64,000 nt of DNA from Kaistella sp. (GCA_047637995.1 JBLJBP010000055.1:8235-72234); one strand, 5' to 3'. Shown: positions 38,045 through 48,338, counted from the stretch's first letter. The notes: generated by a model not told the origin, from the sequence alone. A program made the numbers and translations.

Positions 38045-38963
38045 TTTTTATCCATTCCCAAACTTCAAGCAAACCTTGATCTATGATTACATTAGGTTTC
38101 CAGCCTAATTCTTGCTCTATTTTTTTAATATTTAAAACATTGTATGCACAGTCAAAACTTCTGGATTGCTTGGCATTAGTTTTCACTTTCGTAGATGCAG
38201 TTTCACTAATTCTATCTATAATTTCTTTTATAGAAAATGGGATACCACTACCCACATTATAGGTATGGACTTTGGCAAATTGCACAGGTTTTTCTATACA
38301 TTTCAGCACAGCTTCTGCTAGATCATGAACAGAAACAAAATCCCTTATTACCTTGCCATCATTGTAGAGATCAATACTGGTGTCATCTATTAGGGACTTA
38401 AATGCAAAGCCTATAATTCCCTGCGGTTTTTGTAGGTTTTGATATTTGCCATATACATTGGAAGGTCTTAGAATAAAACTTTCAAATGTTGCTTGCTTTG
38501 TAAGGAAATGAATATAGTTTTCAGTTACTAATTTAGACAATCCATATTCTGAGATAGGAGCTTTTGATTGATTTTCATCAATGGGCATATTTTGTTCAGT
38601 ATCGCCATAGACAGTTCCTCCTGAAGAGAGGTAAATGAATTTCTTTAAAGTGTTTATAGCACTATTTTCCAAGAAAGAAATAACTGGTTTAATATTGGTT
38701 TCAAAATCTAATTCTAAGGATGCTTCGTGTGTACCAGGGACTAAAGAACTTGCCAACCAAATAACTACATCAGCATTTTTAGTAGCCTCTAACAACTTTT
38801 TAGTATCTTGAATATCAGCATCTATAGAGGTTATTTCTACAGGAAAGGTGGCGTTTTGAGAATTTCGACCAATCACCGATGTGTTAAAAGCTTTCTTAGC
38901 AAAGAATGCACTTAGATTTTTACCGATAAACCCATGCCCGCCTATAATCGCTATATTTTTCAA
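38025..38963 (-). CDS. NAD-dependent nucleotide-sugar epimerase/dehydratase/reductase
   Basis: IIGGHGFIGKNL Rossmann motif and YGLSKLVTENY (YxxxK). Length 312 aa. Confidence 0.8.
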   Translation of the reverse strand: MKNIAIIGGHGFIGKNLSAFFAKKAFNTSVIGRNSQNATFPVEITSIDADIQDTKKLLEATKNADVVIWLASSLVPGTHEASLELDFETNIKPVISFLENSAINTLKKFIYLSSGGTVYGDTEQNMPIDENQSKAPISEYGLSKLVTENYIHFLTKQATFESFILRPSNVYGKYQNLQKPQGIIGFAFKSLIDDTSIDLYNDGKVIRDFVSVHDLAEAVLKCIEKPVQFAKVHTYNVGSGIPFSIKEIIDRISETASTKVKTNAKQSRSFDCAYNVLNIKKIEQELGWKPNVIIDQGLLEVWEWIKNERYGK

Positions 38964-39041
38964 ATGTCTCTTTTTATTATATTAAAATTAATTGCAGCTA
39001 CCCTTCAAAGTTAAAAAACTACCGATTGATTTATAGATAAC

Positions 39042-40346
39042 TTATTTTACTAAAAGTTCATTACTCGTTTCAATTTTTTTTAAAATATTTGTGTTTTTTA
39101 ATGTTTTAGGTGAAAACAGGAATTTTGAATTATTGATAGAATTGCCCTGATATTCAATAACTTTAAAATCCTGATCTGTTGAATTTCCTGCGATATCAAA
39201 ATTAAAAATATTATTTTCTGTGCTGTTTCTAAGATTGAAAGGCTCCACAACACTTCCCACTGCTCCCATCCAAATTTTAGTATCTACCGTCCCCACATTT
39301 CCTTTAATCGTGGTATCGGTATATTTTGAATAGTTAGAAAGAAAGGCATATTTCACTTGGTCAGCTTTAAACCAAATTTTATTTGATTGATCTTTATTAA
39401 TCAGGGCATTATCTATATCTTTATCTACGGTAAAGTGATAATTGCCACCCACTACTCTTGAAAACGAAATATATTGCTGTGCATTTTTTAAGACTGCATC
39501 TACTTCCATTAGAAATTTTGAATGGGAAGCTACATTTTCACTGGGTACCCCAAAACTCATAGAAAAGCCTTGAAAAGTGCGGTCTGCCTCCATCTGAAGT
39601 TTTATATTGATATTTTCTTTTAATAAATCACTTACTGCAACAGCATCAAATCTAAAACCATAAGCACAGTTTTTCACTTTTATATTCGTAGCGCGCAAAC
39701 TTCCTTTGGTGCTGTTTATATTGGGATCAAATTGTAATGTTAAACCTTTTCCGCCATCAATATAATTGCCTTTATCAATTCCTGGCAAATCATAAATATA
39801 GAGATTGTCCAAGGTAATATTATCAAACCCATTGGTAATAGACACGCCATTGGAGCCTGCATTTTTATTTGAATTTAAACTTGCAGTAATATCAAAATTT
39901 TTGATAATGAGATTTCTAACTAAGTTCAGTTGCAATACATCTGCACCCAATTCAGAGCTTGTTTTCAGCACAGTGCCTCTACCAGCACCAAAAATGGTAA
40001 TAGATTTGCAATCTAATAATTGATCTATGTGAGATTCATCTTGTCTGAATGGAAAATTTCTTGCGCCCACATCATAAATTCCTTTTGGAAAATAAAGGTC
40101 AGATTTTTGTTCGATGCAATATTGAAAAGCTTTTTTAATCTTCAGCCACCGATCATATTTTTGCTCTTCAGACTCAGGAGAAGTAGCAGGATAAACTTGG
40201 AATTGTTGCACATTTACTACAGGATTTTGCCGTGCAGTATTTGTGGATAGAACAGGAGAAACAGCGCCCATCGCATCAATACGAAAAACAGCTTGCACGA
40301 AGAAAAGTGCAAAAACAAAATAATATTTCAATGTTATTTTAGTCAT
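39042..40346 (-). CDS. Secreted right-handed beta-helix (pectate-lyase-fold) protein, unknown function
   Basis: Signal-like N-terminus MTKITLKYYFVFALFFVQAVF. KIKKAFQYCIEQKSDLYFPKGIYDV (Pectate_lyase_3-like start). Repetitive coils such as LIIKNFDITAS...NGVSITNGFDNITLDNLYIYDL. Confidence 0.55.
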   Translation of the reverse strand: MTKITLKYYFVFALFFVQAVFRIDAMGAVSPVLSTNTARQNPVVNVQQFQVYPATSPESEEQKYDRWLKIKKAFQYCIEQKSDLYFPKGIYDVGARNFPFRQDESHIDQLLDCKSITIFGAGRGTVLKTSSELGADVLQLNLVRNLIIKNFDITASLNSNKNAGSNGVSITNGFDNITLDNLYIYDLPGIDKGNYIDGGKGLTLQFDPNINSTKGSLRATNIKVKNCAYGFRFDAVAVSDLLKENINIKLQMEADRTFQGFSMSFGVPSENVASHSKFLMEVDAVLKNAQQYISFSRVVGGNYHFTVDKDIDNALINKDQSNKIWFKADQVKYAFLSNYSKYTDTTIKGNVGTVDTKIWMGAVGSVVEPFNLRNSTENNIFNFDIAGNSTDQDFKVIEYQGNSINNSKFLFSPKTLKNTNILKKIETSNELLVK

Positions 40347-40362
40347 CTGGTGTAGCGTAAAG

Positions 40363-41547
40363 TTAAATAGAACTAATTAATTTTCCTACTTGTTTTGTAT
40401 AGTTTTTTTCATTTAGAACAAATGCCTTCCCCTTTTGCCCAAATTCTTGCAATTCCTCATTTTTTTTAGCAAGGCAAAATTCTATTTGCACTTTAATTCC
40501 TAAAACAGATTCATCTTCTATAAAATAAAATTTATCTTGGTAGTCTTCAGGGATTCCCAATAACCTTGTTGTGAGCACCGGTGTACCAGATGCCAAATAT
40601 TCCATTAATTTTGATGGGAATGAAAACTTGGTGAACTCTTCATGGCTGAATCTCGGATTGATTAATAGCGTAGCTTTTTTTTGGTAGTCTAAAATTTCTT
40701 GATTGGCAAGGTTTCCGAAGAATTTTATTCGTGAATCTTCTTTGGCAGCAGTTTGTATATATGCCACCATATCTCCTGAGCCAAACAACCACATTTCGTA
40801 ATCTCCTTTTACTTCTCTAAAAGCATCAACAAGATTTTTAATCCCAAATTTCTCAAATAAGGCACCGGAATACATCACTGCTGTAGGAAAACTTTTCTCG
40901 GTACGCACTTCTTCTTGCGCCTTGAAATCTGTAAATCCTTCGATGACGGTATATGGTTTATTGGGGAAAACTTCTGCCATATACTTGGTGATAAAAACAT
41001 AGTAATCTATGACAGAATGGAGCAAATCAGAAAGCTTAATATAGAGCGGAACAAATATTTTTTTCAGCCAGCCGCCAGTATCTGAATAAGAAAAACTATG
41101 TGCAGGCAAGTCTGGCACAAATGACACAAATTTTGCCAGACCCAACCATCTAATTGGAAGTGCAGCAAATAAGAAAGGAAGATACAAAGAAGTGAAAACT
41201 ACTGTTTTTGGATGCTTTCTGTTTCTAAAACACCAACTAAAAAGAACGAGCATTAAGTCTACCGCTATGGTAAATTGCTTGATGAAAATAATATTGAGAA
41301 ATTTCAAATAATAGTTTCCATTTATTCTGCGTTTGGTCCATGCTAAAGTTTTGCATTGTGGATACATTCCCAGTGGGGCCAGATAAATATTTTCAGTATC
41401 ATCGGGAAGATTTTCTTCAAAACCTAAACTTATTAACCTAGTATATTTCACTGCTGCCACAGATATTTTAGCATCATCTGTAGATAGCATATTGTATTTC
41501 TGAATTAAATCATCTTGTAAAGCAATTCCGACAATTAAAAATTTCAT
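40363..41547 (-). CDS. Glycosyltransferase family 1/4
   Basis: 394 aa. FSFPSKLMEYLASGTPVL (E-x7-E region). Confidence 0.75.
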   Translation of the reverse strand: MKFLIVGIALQDDLIQKYNMLSTDDAKISVAAVKYTRLISLGFEENLPDDTENIYLAPLGMYPQCKTLAWTKRRINGNYYLKFLNIIFIKQFTIAVDLMLVLFSWCFRNRKHPKTVVFTSLYLPFLFAALPIRWLGLAKFVSFVPDLPAHSFSYSDTGGWLKKIFVPLYIKLSDLLHSVIDYYVFITKYMAEVFPNKPYTVIEGFTDFKAQEEVRTEKSFPTAVMYSGALFEKFGIKNLVDAFREVKGDYEMWLFGSGDMVAYIQTAAKEDSRIKFFGNLANQEILDYQKKATLLINPRFSHEEFTKFSFPSKLMEYLASGTPVLTTRLLGIPEDYQDKFYFIEDESVLGIKVQIEFCLAKKNEELQEFGQKGKAFVLNEKNYTKQVGKLISSI

Positions 41548-42794
41548 CTATTGATTTTTAGTTTCAGATAGATCCAAAGAGGAATCCACAATATAAAAGC
41601 AATCATCAGCCCTCCTACCTGACTATAGAATATAGACATCAGTGGGATCTGTACCAATAGTACGATCAAGAAGAGGTTTTGTAGCTCTATTTTATGATTC
41701 TTGGGTCTCATTCTCTTAACCACCATGAAATATAGTAAGCAAAAAACAATACTACCAAAAATGCCATAATCATAGACAGAATATGCAGTGAACCCATTGA
41801 AGCTATAAGAATAGTGGCGGGGCCACAGTTTTTGTCTATATTTCATTCTTTCAAAAGTCTGCATAGGAGTAGAGGTGAACGCCAATACGCTCTCAAAGGA
41901 TAAATTCCCAGCAAAACCTTCGTCTCTGTAGAGTTGCAATACTTCATATCCATTAAAAAATGCTTGCGAGGTATAGTCTAGATATCCATACAAAACAGGA
42001 TCTTGAGTAATAGCTTGTGTAGGGATTTGTTTAGAGTATATTTTCGATCGTGCCGAATCTTGTTCAAAACGCTGCTGAGAAATATTCACAAAATAAGCTG
42101 CACCTGCTAAGGCAATGAATAAAAGTAGCATGCGCAGGATCCTTTTAAATTTTGGTGATAGAGAACCATAAAATAAAATAAGAAAAGATATATAAAGCAA
42201 TGCATATTGCACTACTACAGCTCTAGAAAAAAATGTAAGCCCATAGAGCACGATAGTTAGAGATAAAACAAAGCAAATGAAGGCCAGCCAAGTTTTCTTT
42301 TTTTGAAGGTAGTAAAAATGTAAGGGTAAAATAAAATAAGAAAAGTAATAAAATACAATTGCAAAATTGAAGAATATTGGTGGAAAAGGAAGTTTGCTGT
42401 AATAAAAATCTACCGAAACCCCTTCTGAGTACTTAAACTCATTGATATCTTCTACCAAAGTTTGCACAGTGATTGCAGCAAATAAAAACACCACAAAAAC
42501 GATGGAGTTAATACCAATTAGGAAGTAGGTGATCGTTTTTAATTTTTTGGGGTCTATGTCTCCAATTTCGGAAATTTTGTAGTAATGTCTCCAAGGTAAG
42601 ATAATAAGGGACAGCAGAAGCATCATCATAAAAATCCAGCCAAAATCGCTAGTGCTTTCTATATTCATTTCTCTACCAAGGAAAAAAGTCCCGCCTAAAG
42701 AAATGAGCTGCACTAAAACCAGAAAAAGAGCCAACGATTTGTTTTTTAACAACAGTAGGAAAAGTGCAAAAAAATAGACGAGCAATATTGTCAT
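41544..42794 (-). CDS. wzy: O-antigen/capsule repeat-unit polymerase (Wzy-like)
   Basis: 416 aa with about 10 TM helices, one larger loop, very AT-rich codon usage and no soluble-domain motifs. Assigned by position among the GTs and wzx. Confidence 0.6.
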   Translation of the reverse strand: MTILLVYFFALFLLLLKNKSLALFLVLVQLISLGGTFFLGREMNIESTSDFGWIFMMMLLLSLIILPWRHYYKISEIGDIDPKKLKTITYFLIGINSIVFVVFLFAAITVQTLVEDINEFKYSEGVSVDFYYSKLPFPPIFFNFAIVFYYFSYFILPLHFYYLQKKKTWLAFICFVLSLTIVLYGLTFFSRAVVVQYALLYISFLILFYGSLSPKFKRILRMLLLFIALAGAAYFVNISQQRFEQDSARSKIYSKQIPTQAITQDPVLYGYLDYTSQAFFNGYEVLQLYRDEGFAGNLSFESVLAFTSTPMQTFERMKYRQKLWPRHYSYSFNGFTAYSVYDYGIFGSIVFCLLYFMVVKRMRPKNHKIELQNLFLIVLLVQIPLMSIFYSQVGGLMIAFILWIPLWIYLKLKINR

Positions 42795-42808
42795 TTACAT
42801 TAAATTTA

Positions 42809-44146
42809 TTAGGTCAGCACTTTCACAAGTTCTTCGTGAGTCTCTATGAGGATATTTTTTTTATTTCTAAGAAGAGGAAAAGACATCTCAACCCCCGGCA
42901 AATTTAGCAGAATAACTTTACAATCAAAAGCCGAAGCTTCAAAAAGTGCAGAAGAATATACCCCTAATACATATTTTGACTTTTTCAGCAAGACATACAT
43001 GGACTCTTCATTATTGATTAATTTAATATTTGAAGCGTTTGCAAACAGCTCTTGGAACTGCGCTATTACTTCTTCATTTTCGGCAGGATGCATTTTATAG
43101 AAGATCGTGAACTTTTCAAGTGACGAAGTATTTTCAGCTATAAAATTCATCATTTCCTTAGATCCGTAAGGCTGAGAAACTACTAAGAGCGTGCGCTCTC
43201 CAGTGGGAAGATTTTCTAATTTTTTCACCCATTTGTCAATATGTTCATTTTTCATGGGCTTTATATTGTGCGAAGGTAGTGGCAGTTTGCCAAAAAACAT
43301 TTCTACATTGTCCCAAATATAAAAAACATCAGGGAAATATTCTAACGAGTTTTCAGGGGTAAATGGGAAATTTGAGATTACGTCTTTATCGCTCATCAAG
43401 CCATGTTGCAGCTCATTAACCAAGATTTTATTTTTCTTAGCTGCATCAATCAGCGCAGGTTTATCACACGAATTTGTGAGATATATTTCTTTAGGTTTTT
43501 TCAGCTTAAAAAGTAAATAGTAGAGCCCAAATTCTGCTTTAAACTTTTTTATCTCTGTACTGAAAATACTCACAAGGTTGATTTTTACGCCAAATAATGT
43601 TGAAAGTTCTCCTGCAATCTGCGAAATTATTTGGGTATCTTTTTCAGAAAATCTGGTTTTTATAAATTTTTGTTTCAGTTGCGAAAATATAAAAATAAAA
43701 TCTAAATGTTTAATCTTGATGCTTCTTTTAAACATGGGTAAATCTAGATTATAATTTGTTTCGTAGCGAGTAAAAGAAACTTTTTTCTGTTCTAAGAATT
43801 GGGCAATATATTCTGTATAGATATCGATATAAGCATCTTCATCACGGTATTTTCTACCGCTTTCTATGATGAGTGCATTTTTTTGGGAGCAATCTAAGAA
43901 GGGGTTAAAAAACAGACAGTTTATAAATAATCTGTGCAGAATATTGGTGATTTTTTTTGGAAAAGTTTTAGTGTTAGGTTGTGCATTTCCGGGAATAGTG
44001 GCATCTACAATATGCAGAAAGATTGTGATTCTTGCGATTTGCCAAGGAAATACACCATTTATATTTAAGGAAAGTAGCTGGTGCTTATTTTCAAATTCCA
44101 AAAATTTTTGGGTAATTTCTGGGTAGGTGAATGGTGTGGAGTTCAT
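42809..44146 (-). CDS. Uncharacterised GT-B-like protein; candidate CMP-nonulosonate (legionaminic acid) transferase
   Basis: 445 aa. FYKMHPAE (H353-P354) followed 45 residues later by GVYSSALFEA (S398-S399, E403). This arrangement resembles the HP and SS CMP-binding motifs of bacterial sialyl/Kdo transferases. Confidence 0.4.
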   Translation of the reverse strand: MNSTPFTYPEITQKFLEFENKHQLLSLNINGVFPWQIARITIFLHIVDATIPGNAQPNTKTFPKKITNILHRLFINCLFFNPFLDCSQKNALIIESGRKYRDEDAYIDIYTEYIAQFLEQKKVSFTRYETNYNLDLPMFKRSIKIKHLDFIFIFSQLKQKFIKTRFSEKDTQIISQIAGELSTLFGVKINLVSIFSTEIKKFKAEFGLYYLLFKLKKPKEIYLTNSCDKPALIDAAKKNKILVNELQHGLMSDKDVISNFPFTPENSLEYFPDVFYIWDNVEMFFGKLPLPSHNIKPMKNEHIDKWVKKLENLPTGERTLLVVSQPYGSKEMMNFIAENTSSLEKFTIFYKMHPAENEEVIAQFQELFANASNIKLINNEESMYVLLKKSKYVLGVYSSALFEASAFDCKVILLNLPGVEMSFPLLRNKKNILIETHEELVKVLT

Positions 44147-44147
44147 C

Positions 44148-44657
44148 TTAGATTATAGTTTTAAACCTGAGTAGCTTGGCTGGTACCCCTCCCACAATAG
44201 CGAAAGCAGGCACATCCTTAGACACAACTGAATTTGCACCAATTATGCTATTATTACCTATAATAACTCCAGGTGAAATCACAACATTTGCACCAATCCA
44301 CACCGCATCTCCAATAATTATATCACCAATTTTTGGCAATATTTCTGCTTCATTATTATAATCGGCATCAACAATAGAAGATTGTGTCCATATATTAAAA
44401 CATGGTCCTATTTTGCAATTCTTACCTATTTTAATATTGCTATTTTCGGCTGCTTGTAAGATAGAAAACCTCCCAATGTAGGAGTTTTCATTTATGATAA
44501 TATTTCCTTCCCCATACATAAGAATATTATTTCCATTAAATATAAAAGTAGGATGTATGTCATATTTTGAACGATAAGTACTATATGCGTTTTGTTGCGC
44601 TATATCTAGTAAATAAAAGAAAAACTTACCTATAATTTTACTCAATAATTTTTTCAT
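44148..44657 (-). CDS. Hexapeptide-repeat sugar O-acetyltransferase
   Basis: Left-handed beta-helix repeats IGDAVWIGANVVISPGVIIGNNSIIGANSVVSKDVP. Length 169 aa. Confidence 0.8.
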   Translation of the reverse strand: MKKLLSKIIGKFFFYLLDIAQQNAYSTYRSKYDIHPTFIFNGNNILMYGEGNIIINENSYIGRFSILQAAENSNIKIGKNCKIGPCFNIWTQSSIVDADYNNEAEILPKIGDIIIGDAVWIGANVVISPGVIIGNNSIIGANSVVSKDVPAFAIVGGVPAKLLRFKTII

Positions 44658-45912
44658 AATTTTTTGTATGTGTTGCTTTATACGATAAGATTACTGCACT
44701 AAAGAGATTAAGAATATTAGCAAACAAGACACCTAATGCAACACCTACTATTTTATTTGTAAAGGCATGCACCCCCAGATAGGTTGAACCAATGATAATA
44801 ATTGTATAAAAAATTTGATAACTGTACATGTACTTCCAGCTCTTCATGCTCCACAAAATATTAACACCAATTACAGACCCTTTAACCATTCCTGCTATAA
44901 GAAGTATTTGAAGAACTTGTGTGCTTGCAGAATACTTTGGGAAAAATTGTTCTACTAAACTTGGAATCAAAAAATAGCCGATTATTACTAAAGGAGCCTG
45001 AATTAGCAATAAAACAAAAGTAATTTTTTTCATATAATGCCATAGCAAAAGCTTATCATTAAGTTTAGCATATGAATAGGTCATCTTAGGATATACATAA
45101 CTAGCTATAGATGAACTAAATAGCATGAATAGATTAAGGGAATATAATCCAAAAGTATAAAGACCGACCTGATCCAGATTTGTATATTTAATCAGCCAAA
45201 CTTTGTCTATAGTATTTACAGCAGAATCCATTAGAACGAGTACAAAAATAGGAAAGCCTACTTTTAAAATACTGCTAAACAATTTACCGTCCCAATAAAA
45301 CTTTGTTTTAATTGGTCTGAAAATATGGAGTAATATTACAAAAAACAATAAAGTGATTACTGCTTTCATAATCATACCATAGTAGGTAAAATAAATGACC
45401 AGAACTATCGAACATACATTGAATATAGCTTCATAGAACTGAAGTTTGGATAATTTTGTAAAGGAATTATTAGACCTATAAGTGGACATAAGGTAGGTTT
45501 GGTAAAATGTAAGAATTACAATACAAGTAATTCCCAAAATACCATATCGTAGCTTTTGGCTGTCACTAGGAAATACATAGAATAAAACTATTCCCGCAAT
45601 TAATACGAGGATAGATATTGCTAGTGTAAATGTTTTTGTGACAGCTGCTAATTTTTCAGCCTTTTTGTTGTCTCCCTTTCCATAGGCAAATGGCAACTCT
45701 AAACTTAGCCCATTTATAACACCACCTTGAATAAACACAGAATAAGTTAAAGCTAATGATAACGAACTCCATAAACCCAAATCTTCTGGAGACACATATT
45801 TGGCAATAATAAAGCCCACCAACATTGTAGCAAATGCTTTAATGATGGAACTAGATGAGTAGAGTACTGCTGTTTTATACTTATAAATCTGTTTACTTAT
45901 TCTTTCAATCAT
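44638..45912 (-). CDS. wzx: Polysaccharide repeat-unit flippase (Wzx, MOP superfamily)
   Basis: 424 aa, about 12 TM helices, typical polysaccharide-biosynthesis-protein N-terminus. Confidence 0.7.
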   Translation of the reverse strand: MIERISKQIYKYKTAVLYSSSSIIKAFATMLVGFIIAKYVSPEDLGLWSSLSLALTYSVFIQGGVINGLSLELPFAYGKGDNKKAEKLAAVTKTFTLAISILVLIAGIVLFYVFPSDSQKLRYGILGITCIVILTFYQTYLMSTYRSNNSFTKLSKLQFYEAIFNVCSIVLVIYFTYYGMIMKAVITLLFFVILLHIFRPIKTKFYWDGKLFSSILKVGFPIFVLVLMDSAVNTIDKVWLIKYTNLDQVGLYTFGLYSLNLFMLFSSSIASYVYPKMTYSYAKLNDKLLLWHYMKKITFVLLLIQAPLVIIGYFLIPSLVEQFFPKYSASTQVLQILLIAGMVKGSVIGVNILWSMKSWKYMYSYQIFYTIIIIGSTYLGVHAFTNKIVGVALGVLFANILNLFSAVILSYKATHTKNYEKIIE

Positions 45913-45915
45913 CGA

Positions 45916-47016
45916 TTAGTTTTTCAGAACCCATCGTTCTAGTTGATCTTTTTCAAATAGATCTGGATTGTATAATGGCTCTATAATTTTCCAAAATTCT
46001 TTTTCTGAATAGTTTAGAAATTCACAAAAATCTCTTACGGCCAGAGGGTCTAAAGCATGATCATGTTTTTTTACCAACTCAAATGCTTCTTCACGTGATA
46101 GCAAGCCATATCTTACCATTCTTGCAGCATAATCTGTAGCGGAGGCATGACCAAATTTGGGATATTTCATCCAAGAATGCACTAAATAGGCGCGGGTATC
46201 TATTTGGTCAAAATTTTCTATATGGTGCGTTCTATTCCACTCATGTGTCAAATCATGGAAGCCATGTTTTTTGGCAATTTCATAGTTTTTGAAACTGTTC
46301 CATTCTACGAAATAGCTCAGGTAGATGGGTTCTAAAGTAGCAATTTCTTCGGCTGTTGGTGGTTCAAAGAAATTGAGATCTTTGCGGCTCACCCCATTCT
46401 CTAATAATTCTTCGGTAGGAATACCTGCTCCTACTCCGTTATTGATTTGATCTTTTGCTGAATAGGTTTCTACAGCATTGTCTCCGCCATATTCATAGGC
46501 AACATTTTCCCCGTAAATGAGTAGTGGAGTATTAAATTTCACTGCCATGTGAAGCGGGTACGTATAGATATAGCGATCTACAAAATAAGTAGGTTTGCCA
46601 TATTTTTTAAAGGTGTAATTCATTGCGGCTTTTTGCGCTCTGATATTGGGTTTCATACTTATAATATCGCAACCGAAAGATTCTGAGATATTTTTCAAAT
46701 TGTGCATACCTGCATTTGTCATCGGGAAATTATCTTCTACCGTCACCAATAAAGGATTCATACCCAGCACTTCTTTAAACATATACACTTGGTAGTGACT
46801 GTCTTTTCCGCCGCTTACTGCAATCATGCAATCGTAACCATTTTCTCCGTTTCTTCCCCTGTGTTTGTCGCAAAGGGTTTTCAGCTCTTCAAACCTTTGT
46901 GGATAATTTGTTTGCTTTCTTCTTTCAAAAGATTGGCATGCAGAACATACGCCATGTTCGTTAAAAGAAATTCCTGGTCTAGTATCTGGCATTACGCAAA
47001 TTGAACAATATTTCAT
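45916..47016 (-). CDS. N-acetyl sugar amidotransferase (WbuX/WbpG/PseA family), paralog 1
   Basis: N-terminal Zn-ribbon CSIC...CSAC and PP-loop AVSGGKDSHYQ. Length 366 aa. Confidence 0.85.
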   Translation of the reverse strand: MKYCSICVMPDTRPGISFNEHGVCSACQSFERRKQTNYPQRFEELKTLCDKHRGRNGENGYDCMIAVSGGKDSHYQVYMFKEVLGMNPLLVTVEDNFPMTNAGMHNLKNISESFGCDIISMKPNIRAQKAAMNYTFKKYGKPTYFVDRYIYTYPLHMAVKFNTPLLIYGENVAYEYGGDNAVETYSAKDQINNGVGAGIPTEELLENGVSRKDLNFFEPPTAEEIATLEPIYLSYFVEWNSFKNYEIAKKHGFHDLTHEWNRTHHIENFDQIDTRAYLVHSWMKYPKFGHASATDYAARMVRYGLLSREEAFELVKKHDHALDPLAVRDFCEFLNYSEKEFWKIIEPLYNPDLFEKDQLERWVLKN

Positions 47017-47105
47017 TTTAGTCTTGTTTTATGAATGTTTTTTTCGAAAGTTTAAAATTTTGGTTAATTGTTGTATTTTGATATTGTGCTACTACTAAAT
47101 CTTTT

Positions 47106-48338
47106 TTAGTCATCTAAACCAGTTTTTGCGACATTGTGTCTAAGCTTCCATTGCCCTTCTTGATCTTTACCCCAAAGGTGCGGTGATCTAAATTGGTCAC
47201 AAAGTTGGTGAAAATATTCAGGTTCCATGTCTATATACTTCATAATTTCATCAAAGTACCGGTCTGGGAACTCCCCATCAAATCTATTGACCAATGCTAC
47301 ACCTTCCTCACGAGTAAGATGTCTATTTCTAATTTCTTGTGCGGCATCATAGCTAGCCCTTCCGATTCCAAATTTAATAAAAGTGGTATAGAAGTGCAGA
47401 TCATCGATCTTGTCATCAATCCCGCTGTACTTGCTAAAAGTGCCTTGTGTTCTATGTGGTCTTGCTTTGAAGCCTGTATTTTCTACCGCATAATAATACA
47501 CTTCTTGTGGCGTCCACTTGAGATAGTAGCCCAAATAATGCACCTCTATATTTGCCCGCTCCAGGTCTTCTAACTTAGGTGGAAGATAAGACATAAGATC
47601 ACTTAAGCGCACATCATATTTTTCTACGAGTTCTTTCACAGAAACGCCTGCTAAAAAGACCTCATCTAAATGCTCAAAACTATAGTAAGATTTATCACGA
47701 AGTGACGAAGTATTATCTGCCAATGGATTTCCATATTCTGCTTCGTTTTCTCCGTAGAATATTAGATTAATTCCGTGTTGAGCAGCAATCTTTGGGGCAA
47801 GGTTTTTTTGTCCTAAGATAAAGGTCTGGAAAGGATGTAAAAGGTTTTCAATAGAAAGTTTTGTCAGCAGCTTCATGACTTTCCCATTTCTATAGAAGGA
47901 GATATTATCAAAACCGCTATCTAACCAGTTTCTCCAGTTTTTCAAGCCATAGTCTGTGTACAAAATTGGGGGCCAAGTGACGGTAAGCGGATTCATTCCG
48001 TATTTGTACTTTAAAACATGCGCTTGGTAGGCACTGTCTTTTCCGCCGCTTCCTGGCACAAGACAGTCATAAGAGCCATCGTTTTTTCTATGTTTGTCTA
48101 AAAGTTTTACCAGTTCTTCTTCACGCATTCCCCAGTCTATACCATCTTTGATTTCTGCAGTTCGGCATGCATCACAAACGCCATGCTCATCAAAATTCAT
48201 GGTTGTTTTTTTACTTTCAATGGTGTGTTTAAATTCTACCGCAGAGGTAGGTCTTTGGTTAGACATTACACACTTGGTGCAAAATTTCACTTCCTGTGGC
48301 AGGCCATAGTATGCCTCGAGGTTATTATTTTCTGACAT
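47106..48338 (-). CDS. N-acetyl sugar amidotransferase (WbuX/WbpG/PseA family), paralog 2
   Basis: N-terminal Zn-ribbon CTKC...CDAC and PP-loop VPGSGGKDSAYQ. Length 410 aa. Clearly divergent from paralog 1. Confidence 0.85.
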   Translation of the reverse strand: MSENNNLEAYYGLPQEVKFCTKCVMSNQRPTSAVEFKHTIESKKTTMNFDEHGVCDACRTAEIKDGIDWGMREEELVKLLDKHRKNDGSYDCLVPGSGGKDSAYQAHVLKYKYGMNPLTVTWPPILYTDYGLKNWRNWLDSGFDNISFYRNGKVMKLLTKLSIENLLHPFQTFILGQKNLAPKIAAQHGINLIFYGENEAEYGNPLADNTSSLRDKSYYSFEHLDEVFLAGVSVKELVEKYDVRLSDLMSYLPPKLEDLERANIEVHYLGYYLKWTPQEVYYYAVENTGFKARPHRTQGTFSKYSGIDDKIDDLHFYTTFIKFGIGRASYDAAQEIRNRHLTREEGVALVNRFDGEFPDRYFDEIMKYIDMEPEYFHQLCDQFRSPHLWGKDQEGQWKLRHNVAKTGLDD

